Shown: positions 52,392-62,013 of the stretch, one piece after another
Position numbering within the stretch: the first letter of the stretch is position 1
Layout of the letters: each line of letters opens with the position of its first letter
DNA from: Terriglobia bacterium
GTDB taxonomy: Bacteria; Acidobacteriota; Terriglobia; JAJPHL01
Length of the DNA stretch: 64,000 nt
Reading direction: 5' to 3'
Assembly: GCA_021325275.1 (NCBI GenBank)
Contig: JAJPHL010000070.1
Span: 3,387-67,386 of the forward strand
Notes under the pieces: generated by a model
The model's input: the letters and a program-made list of their open reading frames with translations, nothing else
What the model was told of the DNA's origin: nothing
Database searches by the model: none
Program-made: the position numbers and the translations under genes

Positions 52392-53645
52392 TCATATCGC
52401 TTCGGTGCAAACGCGCGCCAGCAAATGCAGGAACAATCCAACGTCGGTCACCAAGCCGATCGTCTGAGACGATCCGCGGTCGGCGATCTTCGTGATCACG
52501 GCGGGATTGATGTCGACCGCCACCAACGGCACGCTCGCCGGCAGCATGTTGGCAACGCCGATGGAGTGCAGCATGGTTCCTAAACACAACACCAGCGACG
52601 CGCCTTCCAGATGTTGCGCGTAGGAATCCTGCGCGCGATTCATGTCGGTGATCGTATCGGGCATGGGACCGTCGTCGCGAATGCTTCCCGCAAACACCAT
52701 GGGAATGCCCGCGCGCACCGACTCATACACAATGCCGCTAGTGAGCACGCCTTGCTCCACCGCCTCGCGCAGACTTCCGCTACGGCGCACCCTGTTGATC
52801 GCGCGCATGTGATGGCGATGACCATGCTCGACCGCGACGCCTTTCTCCAAGTCGAGACCCAGTGAAGTGCCAAACATCGCGCGCTCGCAATCGTGCACGG
52901 CGAGCGCGTTCCCCGAGAGCAAGGCGTGCACCAATCCGCCGCGGATCAGCGACGCCAGCGCCTCCGCCGCGCCGGTGTGAACGACAACCGGTCCGGCGAC
53001 CACCACGGTGCGCCCGCCTTCCTTTTTTACTTGCAACATGCGCGCGGCCGCGCGCCGCGCCGCCAACTCCACGCGGCGCTCCGACGATACTTCGCCCGAC
53101 ATGAAGGAAAATGCGCCGCGCTCGCGCTCCTTGAATCCAGGCACCACGCGCAATCCGGCCGCGCCGCACACCACCAGATCGCCCACGCGAATGTCGCGGA
53201 GTTTGCGGCATTCCGGCACGCGCGGCGCAGCCTCGGCCGTGGCGGCGATCACAATGGCCGCGTCCATGCGTTGACGCGTCACGTCAAGCCAGCGGCCGCC
53301 CAGGCGCACTTGCGTGCGGTGATTCGTGGTGGAGTAAAAATCCTCGGGCGCGCAGCCGTCCGAGTCGGCGGCGCGCAGCAAGGCGTCGTGGATCTGCTCG
53401 GCGCGATGACAGCCGAGTTCCAGCAACTCCACCAGCAATTCCTCCAGCGCCGCCGATTGCGCGGCCAGCACCTTCATTGTGAGGTGCGAAAACTGCTCGT
53501 TGGTGCGGCCGATCTCAAAGGATTGAATTTCGAATTTCGCGCCGTGGGAAATCACTTTGTCCATGATCCGCTCGAGCAGGTGCGAATCGATGAGGTGGCC
53601 TTCGGCTTCGATGGTTTCGGTAAAAGGGTACCCGTCTTCGGACAT
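52392..53645 (-). CDS. TIGR00300 / LOR-SDH-domain protein (ornithine cyclodeaminase-like)
   Basis: EGHLIDS, FYSTTNH, QRMD, SSERR, GNALAVHD, AGSIRDDGP, MLHSIGVANM; ATG 8 nt after TATCAT. Confidence 0.85.
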   Translation of the reverse strand: MSEDGYPFTETIEAEGHLIDSHLLERIMDKVISHGAKFEIQSFEIGRTNEQFSHLTMKVLAAQSAALEELLVELLELGCHRAEQIHDALLRAADSDGCAPEDFYSTTNHRTQVRLGGRWLDVTRQRMDAAIVIAATAEAAPRVPECRKLRDIRVGDLVVCGAAGLRVVPGFKERERGAFSFMSGEVSSERRVELAARRAAARMLQVKKEGGRTVVVAGPVVVHTGAAEALASLIRGGLVHALLSGNALAVHDCERAMFGTSLGLDLEKGVAVEHGHRHHMRAINRVRRSGSLREAVEQGVLTSGIVYESVRAGIPMVFAGSIRDDGPMPDTITDMNRAQDSYAQHLEGASLVLCLGTMLHSIGVANMLPASVPLVAVDINPAVITKIADRGSSQTIGLVTDVGLFLHLLARVCTEAI

Positions 53646-53769
53646 GTAGAAAAATGATAGCACGCTGCGTTCGGCCGCTCTGTTACGATTGAAAGAAGGC
53701 TTGTCGCTACGCTGCGGCTTCTCTTCGATTCGGCCGGCGGTTCATGGCGCGGCCTTTTGACCGAAAATC

Positions 53770-54273
53770 ATGCGTCCTTTTTCGATTCCAGCCTATTTTC
53801 TGCGCTTGATTTGGGACGGCGTTCCTCTGCTGATTTGGGTGAGCCTCCTCGGCCTCGGGTTCTGGCAGTTGGAGGCCCGCCTGCGAATTGCTCCGGAGCT
53901 CGCGCTGCCCATCGCGGGATTAGGTGTGTGGAGCATCATGTGGATTCTTCGCCCCATCCGAAAATGGTTCAACATGACGGCCTACTACTTGATGGTTTGT
54001 TCGTCCATCAAATGGCTCGAGGAGCTCGGCGTGTGGAAACTCCTGCTGGTTAACGACCGCTATTGGTCGAGCGACATGCCGCTTTACGAAGGCATGGCCG
54101 CGTTCTCCAAAGCGTATCGCGGACACAAGACGGCCATCCGCAAGCGAATCTGCCAAATCCTGTGGCGCTGCGACGCCGTGGGGCGTCCGCACATCGCCAA
54201 ACCGTCGCGCGAATTCCTGCGTGAGGTTGATGCGCCGTTGCGGGATGAGGTGGCAGGCAGTAGCGCAAATTAG
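53770..54273 (+). CDS. Hypothetical membrane protein (paralog A)
   Basis: Two N-terminal TMs; shares motifs with 54363-54890. Confidence 0.72.
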   Translation: MRPFSIPAYFLRLIWDGVPLLIWVSLLGLGFWQLEARLRIAPELALPIAGLGVWSIMWILRPIRKWFNMTAYYLMVCSSIKWLEELGVWKLLLVNDRYWSSDMPLYEGMAAFSKAYRGHKTAIRKRICQILWRCDAVGRPHIAKPSREFLREVDAPLRDEVAGSSAN

Positions 54274-54362
54274 GACACCGCTACTGCAGCCGCCGCAGCG
54301 CATACCAGCCTTCATGTATGATAATCTTTCAATCGACGCGGTGAAGGTGCGCGCCGATTTAT

Positions 54363-54890
54363 ATGCGTCCGATTTCTGCCGTAGCTACAGCGTTAAACAA
54401 TTTCCTCGACTTCCTTTGGTATCTGCTCTGGTTCGGAGGATGGATCGGCGCCACGTACTGGGCCGAGGAAGAGCGATTTCATATTTCTCTGCCGGTTCCC
54501 TTTTCCTGGATTCTCATAGGAATCGCTGCCGGACTGTTTGTGGCGTACGTATTGCGGCCGTTGCGCAAATTGGGCTACATGTTTCTGGCTCGAGAACTAG
54601 CGCGATCCAGCTCGCGGACCCTGATGGAAGTGGGCGTGTGGCGACTGCTGCGCGTGGCGTATCGTTTTTGGCCGCAGGAGCCGGTGACCGACTACATCGG
54701 TATGGCGGCCGTGCATCGCGTCTACGATCAGTCGGGAGCGAAATCGCAAGAACAACTCTACGCGGTGATCCGGCAGATGGAAAGCTCGCCCGGATGCCCC
54801 GTGGCGCAAGCGGCCCACGATTTTCTCGATCACATGGGACTGGAAGAGGATCGTGCCGCACCGAGTCCCCCGACAGCTTCATACTGGTAA
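54363..54890 (+). CDS. Hypothetical membrane protein (paralog B)
   Basis: Two N-terminal TMs; shares motifs with 53770-54273. Confidence 0.72.
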   Translation: MRPISAVATALNNFLDFLWYLLWFGGWIGATYWAEEERFHISLPVPFSWILIGIAAGLFVAYVLRPLRKLGYMFLARELARSSSRTLMEVGVWRLLRVAYRFWPQEPVTDYIGMAAVHRVYDQSGAKSQEQLYAVIRQMESSPGCPVAQAAHDFLDHMGLEEDRAAPSPPTASYW

Positions 54891-54908
54891 ACGCTTCATA
54901 TTGGTCAG

Positions 54909-56156
54909 GTGAATCCAACCACAGGTATCGTCTTGCTCCTAGCCGGCGCTGCGATCGGCGCGCTATTGGTGTGGATTGTTTGGGGCGTCCGTCGCGAACC
55001 GCCGCCTCCTGTGCGATCGACGCCGCCGCCCGATCCGGCCTTACAACAGCAAGCCCTTCGCGACGCTTTTCAAGCCATGGCCGCGCAAGCCTTGCGCGAG
55101 AACAACGCGCAGTTTCTCGATCAAGCGCGGCGCGTTCTCGATAGTGCGGCGGCGGAATCGGCGCGGCAATCGCGCGGCGACCTCGACCAACGTCGCGAAT
55201 CGATCGAGGGTTTAGTCAAGCCGGTGCAGCAAGCCCTCGGCGAGTTGCAAGGCGAAATCCGCAGGATCGAAGGACAGCGCGAGACGGCGTTTCTTGGCTT
55301 GCAAAGCGAAATCGCGCGGCTGCAGCGCGAAACCGGCAACCTGACGACGGCGCTGAAGCGTCCCCAAACGCGCGGCGCGTGGGGTGAAATCACGCTGCGC
55401 CGCGTAGTGGAAGCGGCCGGCATGTCGGCCCACTGCGATTTCTCCGAACAAACAACCATTGAGGACCAAGACGGCCGCCGCTATCGCCCCGACTTGATCG
55501 TGCATCTGCCGGGCAATCGCGACATTGTGGTGGATTCGAAAACGCCGCTCGACGCCTATCTCGACGCCGTGAATGCCGATACCGAGCAATTACGCACCGC
55601 GGCGCTCGAACGCCACGCGTCGCAAGTCCGCAAGCAAATGGAAGAGCTGAGCGGCAAGGAATATTGGAGCCGCTTGGAACACTCGCCCGAATTTGTGGTG
55701 TTATTTCTTCCCGGCGAATCGTTTTTCAGCGCCGCGCTGGAACAAGATCGCGGCCTGATCGAAATGGGCATCGAACGCCGCGTGATTCTCGCCACGCCCA
55801 CCACGTTGATCGCCGTGCTGAAGGCGGTGGCGTACTCCTGGCGCCAGGAGCAAGTGGCGGACAACGCGCGGCGCATTGGAGAGATGGGAGCAGTTTTGTA
55901 CGAACGCCTGATGAACCTGACGGGGCACTTGCGCGACGTCGGCGACTCGCTCGAGCGCGCCGCGCAGGCGTACAACAAAGCGGTGGGGTCGTACAACTCG
56001 CGCGTGTTGGTAACGGCTCGCAAATTCCGGGAACTCGAAACGACGCCCGCCGCGGAGATCGCGCCACTCGACGAAGTCGACGTGAGAACTCGCAACGCGG
56101 AAGTGAGTCAACAGTCATTGGAATTGTTGTGGCCGGAGAAGCCCGAAGCGGAGTAG
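54909..56156 (+). CDS. rmuC: DNA recombination protein RmuC
   Basis: N-terminal TM plus coiled coil, RGAWGE, RPDLIVHLP, VDSKTPL, FLPGE, ATPTTL. Confidence 0.93.
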   Translation: MNPTTGIVLLLAGAAIGALLVWIVWGVRREPPPPVRSTPPPDPALQQQALRDAFQAMAAQALRENNAQFLDQARRVLDSAAAESARQSRGDLDQRRESIEGLVKPVQQALGELQGEIRRIEGQRETAFLGLQSEIARLQRETGNLTTALKRPQTRGAWGEITLRRVVEAAGMSAHCDFSEQTTIEDQDGRRYRPDLIVHLPGNRDIVVDSKTPLDAYLDAVNADTEQLRTAALERHASQVRKQMEELSGKEYWSRLEHSPEFVVLFLPGESFFSAALEQDRGLIEMGIERRVILATPTTLIAVLKAVAYSWRQEQVADNARRIGEMGAVLYERLMNLTGHLRDVGDSLERAAQAYNKAVGSYNSRVLVTARKFRELETTPAAEIAPLDEVDVRTRNAEVSQQSLELLWPEKPEAE

Positions 56157-56167
56157 GCTAAGCATAT

Positions 56168-56389
56168 ATGGTCCAGATTACCGAGGCGGTTTACGAAAAC
56201 GGCGTGCTGAAGCCAACGGAGGAATTGCACCTCCGCGAGCAGGAACACGTCCGCATCATCGTCGAACCCCTGGAACCTCGCCTGGACCGGCAAACGGCTG
56301 TCGCACGACTGAAGGCCGGAATCGCCGGCATGCAATTCTCCTTGACGGGTCCGCTTCCCAAGCGCGACGAATTGCATGAGCGTCCATGA
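56168..56389 (+). CDS. AF2212/DUF104-like antitoxin
   Basis: EAVYENGVLKP..L.L.E...V.I; ATGA overlap with the PIN gene. Confidence 0.85.
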   Translation: MVQITEAVYENGVLKPTEELHLREQEHVRIIVEPLEPRLDRQTAVARLKAGIAGMQFSLTGPLPKRDELHERP

Positions 56390-56790
56390 CGGGCTACGAC
56401 ACGAACATTCTCATTTACTGCTGCGACTCCTCGGATCTTGTCCGTCAGCGAAAGGCTATGGACTTAATTGAGAGCCGCACAGACGGCGTGCTCTTGTGGC
56501 AGGTCGCGTGCGAGTTTCTGGCAGCTTCGAGAAAACTGGCGCAGCAACGTTTCACGCAAGAGGATGCCTGGAATCGACTGAAAGACTTCCGCAACGTGCT
56601 TCCGCTGATTCTTCCGTCGTCCTCCACCCTATCGAGAGCGGAAACGCTCGTGCGCGTCCATAAGCTTTCCTTCTGGGATGCGATGATTGTCGGCGCATGC
56701 CTTGAAGCAAATATCACTACGCTCTACACTGAAGATCTTCCAAGTGTTCACAAATTCGAAACTTTGCAAATCATAAATCCCTTCGAATAG
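56386..56790 (+). CDS. vapC: PIN-domain toxin
   Basis: YDTNILIY, QVACEF, SFWDAMI, LYTEDL. Confidence 0.9.
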   Translation: MTGYDTNILIYCCDSSDLVRQRKAMDLIESRTDGVLLWQVACEFLAASRKLAQQRFTQEDAWNRLKDFRNVLPLILPSSSTLSRAETLVRVHKLSFWDAMIVGACLEANITTLYTEDLPSVHKFETLQIINPFE

Positions 56791-56835
56791 CGCGATTTTA
56801 GCGCGTGTTATCATACCTCGACGACCGAGGCTCCG

Positions 56836-56991
56836 ATGCCCGCGACCAAAACGCTCATGTTCACGGACATTGTCGATTCGTCAGCACCCACTCGTCGACT
56901 TGGCGACAAGGCTTATTCCACGGTCCTGAAACAACACAACGACCGTATTCGCGAAATCGTCGGATCTATGCTCGCGAAGGTACGCCAATAG
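56836..56991 (+). pseudogene. N-terminal fragment of a class III adenylate/guanylate cyclase
   Basis: 51 codons, below the ORF-track cutoff: MPATKTLMFTDIVDSSAPTRRLGDKAYSTVLKQHNDRIREIV...*. Confidence 0.72.
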
Positions 56992-57027
56992 TCCCAACAA
57001 TTATCCGATCTGCTATACTGACGCCGC

Positions 57028-58767
57028 ATGTCCTTCCAGTTTTTTCTTCCCTGGCTTGCTGCGCTGCTAATTTCGCCGCCCACCCGCACGACTGTCGTCA
57101 CCACCGACTCGCCACGCGAGTTTCCGCACATCGCCAGCAAAGCCGAGTGGGAATCGCGCGCCGCACAAATCCGCCGGACGATCCTGTTTCGCGCGGGACT
57201 CCTGCCGATGCCCGAACGCACGCCACTGAACGCGCACATATTCGGACGCATGGAACGCAACGGCGTCGCCATGGAAAAAGTTTATTTCGAAAGCGTCCCG
57301 GGATTTTTTGTCACCGGCAATCTCTATCGACCGGCTAATCAGGCAACGACACCGGGACCGCACCCGGCGATTCTTGCGCCTCATGGACATCACGCCTACG
57401 GACGTCTCGCCTCGGACGAAATCTTCAATGAGCCGCTGCGCGCCGCGAATCTCGCGCGACAGGGATACGTCACGTTCACCTACGACATGGTGGGCTACAA
57501 CGACAGCTTTCAAGTCCCGCACGATTACTCGTCGCCCGCCGGGTCGCTGTGGAGTTTTTCCGTCCTCGGGCTGCAATTGTGGAACAGCATCCGCGCGCTC
57601 GATTTTCTCGCGTCGTTGCCGGACGTTGACGCGAATCGCTTGGCCGTATCGGGAGCGTCGGGCGGCGGCACACAAACGTTTCTTCTCACCGCCGTCGACG
57701 ATCGCATCAAGGTGGCGGTGCCGGCGAACATGATTTCGGCGTATATGCAAGGCGGCGACAACTGTGAGAACGCCGCGGGACTCCGCCAGGATTATTTCAA
57801 CGTGGAGTTCGCCGCGGCCGCGGCTCCCCGCCCCATGCTGATGGTCTCCGCCACCGGTGACTGGACGCGCGACAACCAACGCGTGGAATATCCGGCGATC
57901 CGCGAGATCTACAAGCTGATGGGCGCGGAGGATCGCGTGCAGCACGTGCAATTTCAAGCCCCGCACAATTTCAGCCGCCCCGGCCGCGAAGCAAGCTACG
58001 AGTTCTTCGCGAAATGGCTGCGCGAAACGCCCGGCGCCGCCTCGCCGGTGAAGGAAACCGGCGCGCACATTGAAACGCCCGCGAATCTTCTGGTGTGGAC
58101 CGGGCGCGAACGCCCCGCGGGACTTGACGCCGCGGGATTGCTCGACTACTGGCGCAAATTGCCTGTCGATCCTGCGGCAATCGCGTTGGCGGTAGCGCCG
58201 GAAACCGGCGTCGCGCCGAATATGCGTGTGCATTCGCCGTCGCTCGCGAAACCAACCGGAGCCGTGGTGCTCGCGGGCGTCGAAGACTCCGCGCTGATCG
58301 CGGAACTGAACCGCATCGGCCGCGTGGTGATCTTTGTGGAGCCGTTCGAAGAAACGCGCGACGTGAAATCGCGCTACTTCTCGACGTACAATCGCACCGC
58401 CGATCAGCTTCGCGTGTCCGACGTGCTGGCCGCGGCAGCGATCGCGGAAAAACAGTACGGCGCCGTGGATTTGGTCGGCGCGGGGCCCGGCGGATTATGG
58501 GTCCTGGTGGCTCGCGAAGTTGCCGGCGCAACAAATGCAATCCGCATCCGCCACACTGCCGCCGACGCCGGACGTTTTCCCACCGCCGACGAATCGGCGT
58601 ATCTCGAACGCCTGAATATTCCGGGAATCTTGCGCGCCGGCGGATTCGCGAGTCTGCCGAACGAAGGCGTATTGATCCACAACACCGGCGGCGTGTTCAA
58701 ATCACCCGGTGAATTGCACGAGAACGCGCTGACGCCGGCGGAAATCGCCCGATGGGTTGCGCGATAG
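57028..58767 (+). CDS. Alpha/beta-hydrolase, acetylxylan-esterase-like
   Basis: PHGH, YDMVGYND, GASGGG nucleophile elbow, GDW, HNF; degenerate second domain. Confidence 0.85.
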   Translation: MSFQFFLPWLAALLISPPTRTTVVTTDSPREFPHIASKAEWESRAAQIRRTILFRAGLLPMPERTPLNAHIFGRMERNGVAMEKVYFESVPGFFVTGNLYRPANQATTPGPHPAILAPHGHHAYGRLASDEIFNEPLRAANLARQGYVTFTYDMVGYNDSFQVPHDYSSPAGSLWSFSVLGLQLWNSIRALDFLASLPDVDANRLAVSGASGGGTQTFLLTAVDDRIKVAVPANMISAYMQGGDNCENAAGLRQDYFNVEFAAAAAPRPMLMVSATGDWTRDNQRVEYPAIREIYKLMGAEDRVQHVQFQAPHNFSRPGREASYEFFAKWLRETPGAASPVKETGAHIETPANLLVWTGRERPAGLDAAGLLDYWRKLPVDPAAIALAVAPETGVAPNMRVHSPSLAKPTGAVVLAGVEDSALIAELNRIGRVVIFVEPFEETRDVKSRYFSTYNRTADQLRVSDVLAAAAIAEKQYGAVDLVGAGPGGLWVLVAREVAGATNAIRIRHTAADAGRFPTADESAYLERLNIPGILRAGGFASLPNEGVLIHNTGGVFKSPGELHENALTPAEIARWVAR

Positions 58768-58789
58768 CGCGCTCTGCTATGATTGGGTC

Positions 58790-59026
58790 ATGCCGGCCAA
58801 ACGCATGACGAAGGCGCAAGCGCGGGCTTACGTGCGCGGCTGGGAGGCCGCGAATCGGCGCGAGCGAGTTGCGTTGCGAAGCGCCACTCCCCAGGAAAAT
58901 TTCCGCCAGCTCTGCGCGTTGTTCGCGTCCGCCGATCTCCTGGATTGGAAGCAACAGTTGGCCGAGGAAGACGCGGCGGGACATACGGTTTGGTCCCGAC
59001 TGCAAAAGGCGTACCTTGAACGCTGA
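58790..59026 (+). CDS. Small hypothetical protein (TA-partner-like)
   Basis: 78 aa, ARAYVRGWEAANRRERVALR...WSRLQKAY; ATG 6 nt after TATGAT. Confidence 0.65.
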   Translation: MPAKRMTKAQARAYVRGWEAANRRERVALRSATPQENFRQLCALFASADLLDWKQQLAEEDAAGHTVWSRLQKAYLER

Positions 59027-59127
59027 GCAATATTCCGGAAATCATTCAGAGGCTTGAGGAGCGTCTCAGGCCGGCGAAATCGGCGCGCACCCGCAAGCGC
59101 GGCAAAACTCTCCAGCCGCGTAAAAAA

Positions 59128-59739
59128 TCAAGCTGACGCGTGGCTCTCGCGGCGCGCCTTCAACCAAATCGCCACGATCACCGCGGCCATTGCGCCCATC
59201 ACGCCCATTCCAATCTGCAATCCGTGCGCGCCCGTCCACGTGAGCGCCGCTTGACCGTAGCGCAGCGCCAGGTACGCTTCCACGGTGTAGCGAAAAAGCC
59301 GGCCCAAGCCGATAGCGCCCGCGAATTTCCAGGGATTCACTTCCACCACGCCCGCCGTCAGGATAAACGCTTTGAACGGCGTCGGTGGCGGCAGCATCGA
59401 CGTCACGAGCAGCGTGATGAATTCGTATTTCTCGAAGCGCACACGAATTTGTTGTGCGCGCTTCGCGCCCAAGCGGCGCTCCAAAAACGCGTGACCTCCG
59501 CGCGCCGCGATGAAATACAGAAACACGCAACCCAGCACCGAACCCAACGCGGCGGCCATCACATATTCAGGAATCTTGTTCGGATAGGTCAGTCCCATCG
59601 CGACGACCAACGCGTCAATCGCCTCGGGCAGCGGCATCAAACCGGAATCCACGAACGATAATCCAATCAGTCCAAACGCACCATACGGCAGAAACACGTG
59701 TTGAAACCACGCGCCCCACTTCGCCAATTCATGTTTCAA
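59128..59739 (-). CDS. DedA/YqaA (VTT-domain) membrane protein
   Basis: SFVDSGLMPLP, GSVLG, LPPPTPFK, GRLFRY. Confidence 0.88.
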   Translation of the reverse strand: MKHELAKWGAWFQHVFLPYGAFGLIGLSFVDSGLMPLPEAIDALVVAMGLTYPNKIPEYVMAAALGSVLGCVFLYFIAARGGHAFLERRLGAKRAQQIRVRFEKYEFITLLVTSMLPPPTPFKAFILTAGVVEVNPWKFAGAIGLGRLFRYTVEAYLALRYGQAALTWTGAHGLQIGMGVMGAMAAVIVAIWLKARRESHASA

Positions 59740-59780
59740 GACGGAATAGCCCTCAATTTGTTATTGTATCTTCAATCCTG

Positions 59781-60983
59781 ATGCTCGCTGTCATCGAGAC
59801 GCATCCCATTCAGTATCGCGGACCACTCTACCGGATGTTGCAACGCGATTTCGGCGTGCCGGTGACGGCGATCTACGCATCCGATTTTTCCGTGCACGGA
59901 TATCGCGACAAGAATTTCGGCGCGACCTTTTCCTGGGACGTCGACTTGCTCTCCGGCTACACGTCGGTGTTTCTCTCGCGCGTGGAATCGGGCGGCGCGC
60001 GCGACGCCGATGCCGCGTCGACCGCGGGAATGCGCCAGGCGCTTGATCGCGTTGCGCCGCGCGCCGTGCTGACCTCAGGGTATAGTCCGCACTTTCATCG
60101 CGCAGCGTTTTGGCACGCGTGGCGCAGCGGTCGTCCCGTGCTCTTCCGAGGGGAAGCAACGGACATGCAGCGTTTCCCACGTTCCATCAAGGATTCCGCG
60201 CGCGATGCCGCGATCTCTTGGATGTACGCACGATGTGCGCGCATCCTTTATATAGGCGAAAGCGCGCGGCGCCACTATCGCGCGCGCGGCGTGCCGGAGA
60301 ACAAGCTGATTTTTTCGCCGTACTTCGTCAACACCGAGCCGTTTCAGGCGGAAGATCCCGGCGGCGCGGCGCGACGCGAAGTCCGCGCGCGTTTCAACAT
60401 TCCACCCGATCGCAAGGTGATGATTTTTTCCGGAAAGCTCAGCGAAGTGAAGCGGCCCGATCTGATGGTCGCGGCCGCGCGACGCTTGCCCGATGCGATT
60501 CGCGAGAATCTGGCCATTCTTTTTCTCGGCGACGGCGTGCTGCGCGACGCTCTCATGCAAACGGCCGCGGCGCCGCCTTTGGTCCACGCGCATTTCGCGG
60601 GATTCCAGAATCAAACCCAAGTCAGCGCGTTCTATCACGCCGCCGATTTTCTCTGTCTGCCGAGTTCGTGGGACACCTGGGGACTGGTGGTCAATGAAGG
60701 ATTGTTTCACGGACTGCCGTGCGTGGTTTCCGATCGCGTGGGTTGCGCCGACGATCTCGTGACGCCCGGCGCCACGGGTGAAGTGTTCGCTAACGGATCG
60801 GCGGAAGAATTGGCGCGCGCCATCGAGCGCATTTGGCCGCGCGTCGGCAGAATCGAGCACGCCGGTGCGTTTGATCCAGGTGGTGACGCGGCCACCGCGC
60901 GGGCTTGCCGTGAACGCGCCGCGCAATATACGATGGAACGAGCCGCCGCGGGAATCGCCGAAGCATATCGCGCGGTCACGTAG
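59781..60983 (+). CDS. GT4 glycosyltransferase
   Basis: THPIQY, FSGKLSEVKRP, LPSSWDTWGLVVNE. Confidence 0.9.
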   Translation: MLAVIETHPIQYRGPLYRMLQRDFGVPVTAIYASDFSVHGYRDKNFGATFSWDVDLLSGYTSVFLSRVESGGARDADAASTAGMRQALDRVAPRAVLTSGYSPHFHRAAFWHAWRSGRPVLFRGEATDMQRFPRSIKDSARDAAISWMYARCARILYIGESARRHYRARGVPENKLIFSPYFVNTEPFQAEDPGGAARREVRARFNIPPDRKVMIFSGKLSEVKRPDLMVAAARRLPDAIRENLAILFLGDGVLRDALMQTAAAPPLVHAHFAGFQNQTQVSAFYHAADFLCLPSSWDTWGLVVNEGLFHGLPCVVSDRVGCADDLVTPGATGEVFANGSAEELARAIERIWPRVGRIEHAGAFDPGGDAATARACRERAAQYTMERAAAGIAEAYRAVT

Positions 60984-61002
60984 CCCCGCCTGATTTCTCT
61001 CT

Positions 61003-62010
61003 ATGAACCGACGAATCCTCCTCGTGGCCAATCCCGGGGCCGAGCATGTCGGCGCGCATTTGCTGAGCGCCGCGCGCGAGATGGGCTTGGACGTGCGCAT
61101 GCACAACATGGAGAACGCATATCGCGCGCCGCGATTCATCCGCAGCTTCAATTGGTGGCTGCGCGGACGCTTGCCGTCGCGGCTAAAAGATTTCAGCCAG
61201 GAGATCGTTGAAGCGTCCCGCGATTTTCGTCCCACCCACGTGATCACGACGGGCATTGCGCCGATTTCCGCCGCCGCCCTCGACGAAATCCGGGGCGCAG
61301 TGAGTGGAGAGCCCGCGCGACTGGTGAATTTCCTCACCGACGACCCGTGGAATCGCGCGCATCTGGCGCCTTGGTTCTTCGAAGCGCTGACGCACTACGA
61401 CACCGTGTTCTCGCCGCGCCGCGACGTGATCGGCGATCTGCAAGCGCATGGCTGCCGCCGCGTCGACTATCTGCCGTTCGCGTATTCGCCGGAAGTGCAT
61501 TTTCCGGAAGCGCCGCCGCAGCCGCTCGTGGATCACGACGTCGTGTTCATCGGCGGCGGCGATCCCGACCGCCAGAAGCCGGTGCGGGCGCTCATCGACG
61601 CCGGCATTCGCGTCGCGCTCTATGGCGGATACTGGGATCGCGATCCGCGCACGCGACCGTTCGCACGCGGATTCGTGGGACCGCGCGAATTGCGATGGGT
61701 CACCGGAGCGTCGAAAGTAGTGCTCGGGCTGATCCGCCGTGCGAATCGCGACGGCCATTCGATGCGAACGTTTGAAGCGCCGGCGATGCACGCCTGTCTA
61801 CTGACGGAAGACACGTTCGAGCATCGCGAGATTTTCGGTGAAGAAGGCGAGTGCGTGCTGTATTTTTGTCATCACGCTGAAATGATCGAGAAGGCGCACC
61901 GGTTGCTCGGCGACGCGTCATTGCGCGAACGCCTTTCCGCCGCGGCTCATGCGAAAATCACGGGAGGCGGAAACACGTACCGCCATCGCCTGACTACAAT
62001 GATTGGATAA
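61003..62010 (+). CDS. CgeB-like glycosyltransferase
   Basis: TDDPW, YLPFAY, HSMRTFEAPA, NTYRHR. Confidence 0.82.
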   Translation: MNRRILLVANPGAEHVGAHLLSAAREMGLDVRMHNMENAYRAPRFIRSFNWWLRGRLPSRLKDFSQEIVEASRDFRPTHVITTGIAPISAAALDEIRGAVSGEPARLVNFLTDDPWNRAHLAPWFFEALTHYDTVFSPRRDVIGDLQAHGCRRVDYLPFAYSPEVHFPEAPPQPLVDHDVVFIGGGDPDRQKPVRALIDAGIRVALYGGYWDRDPRTRPFARGFVGPRELRWVTGASKVVLGLIRRANRDGHSMRTFEAPAMHACLLTEDTFEHREIFGEEGECVLYFCHHAEMIEKAHRLLGDASLRERLSAAAHAKITGGGNTYRHRLTTMIG

Positions 62011-62013
62011 TCC

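Noticed and set aside
56787-58771. ATAGCGCG direct repeat flanking the cyclase stub and esterase
   Set aside because: Consists of a stop codon plus CGCG, which is common in this GC-rich DNA; too weak without comparative data.
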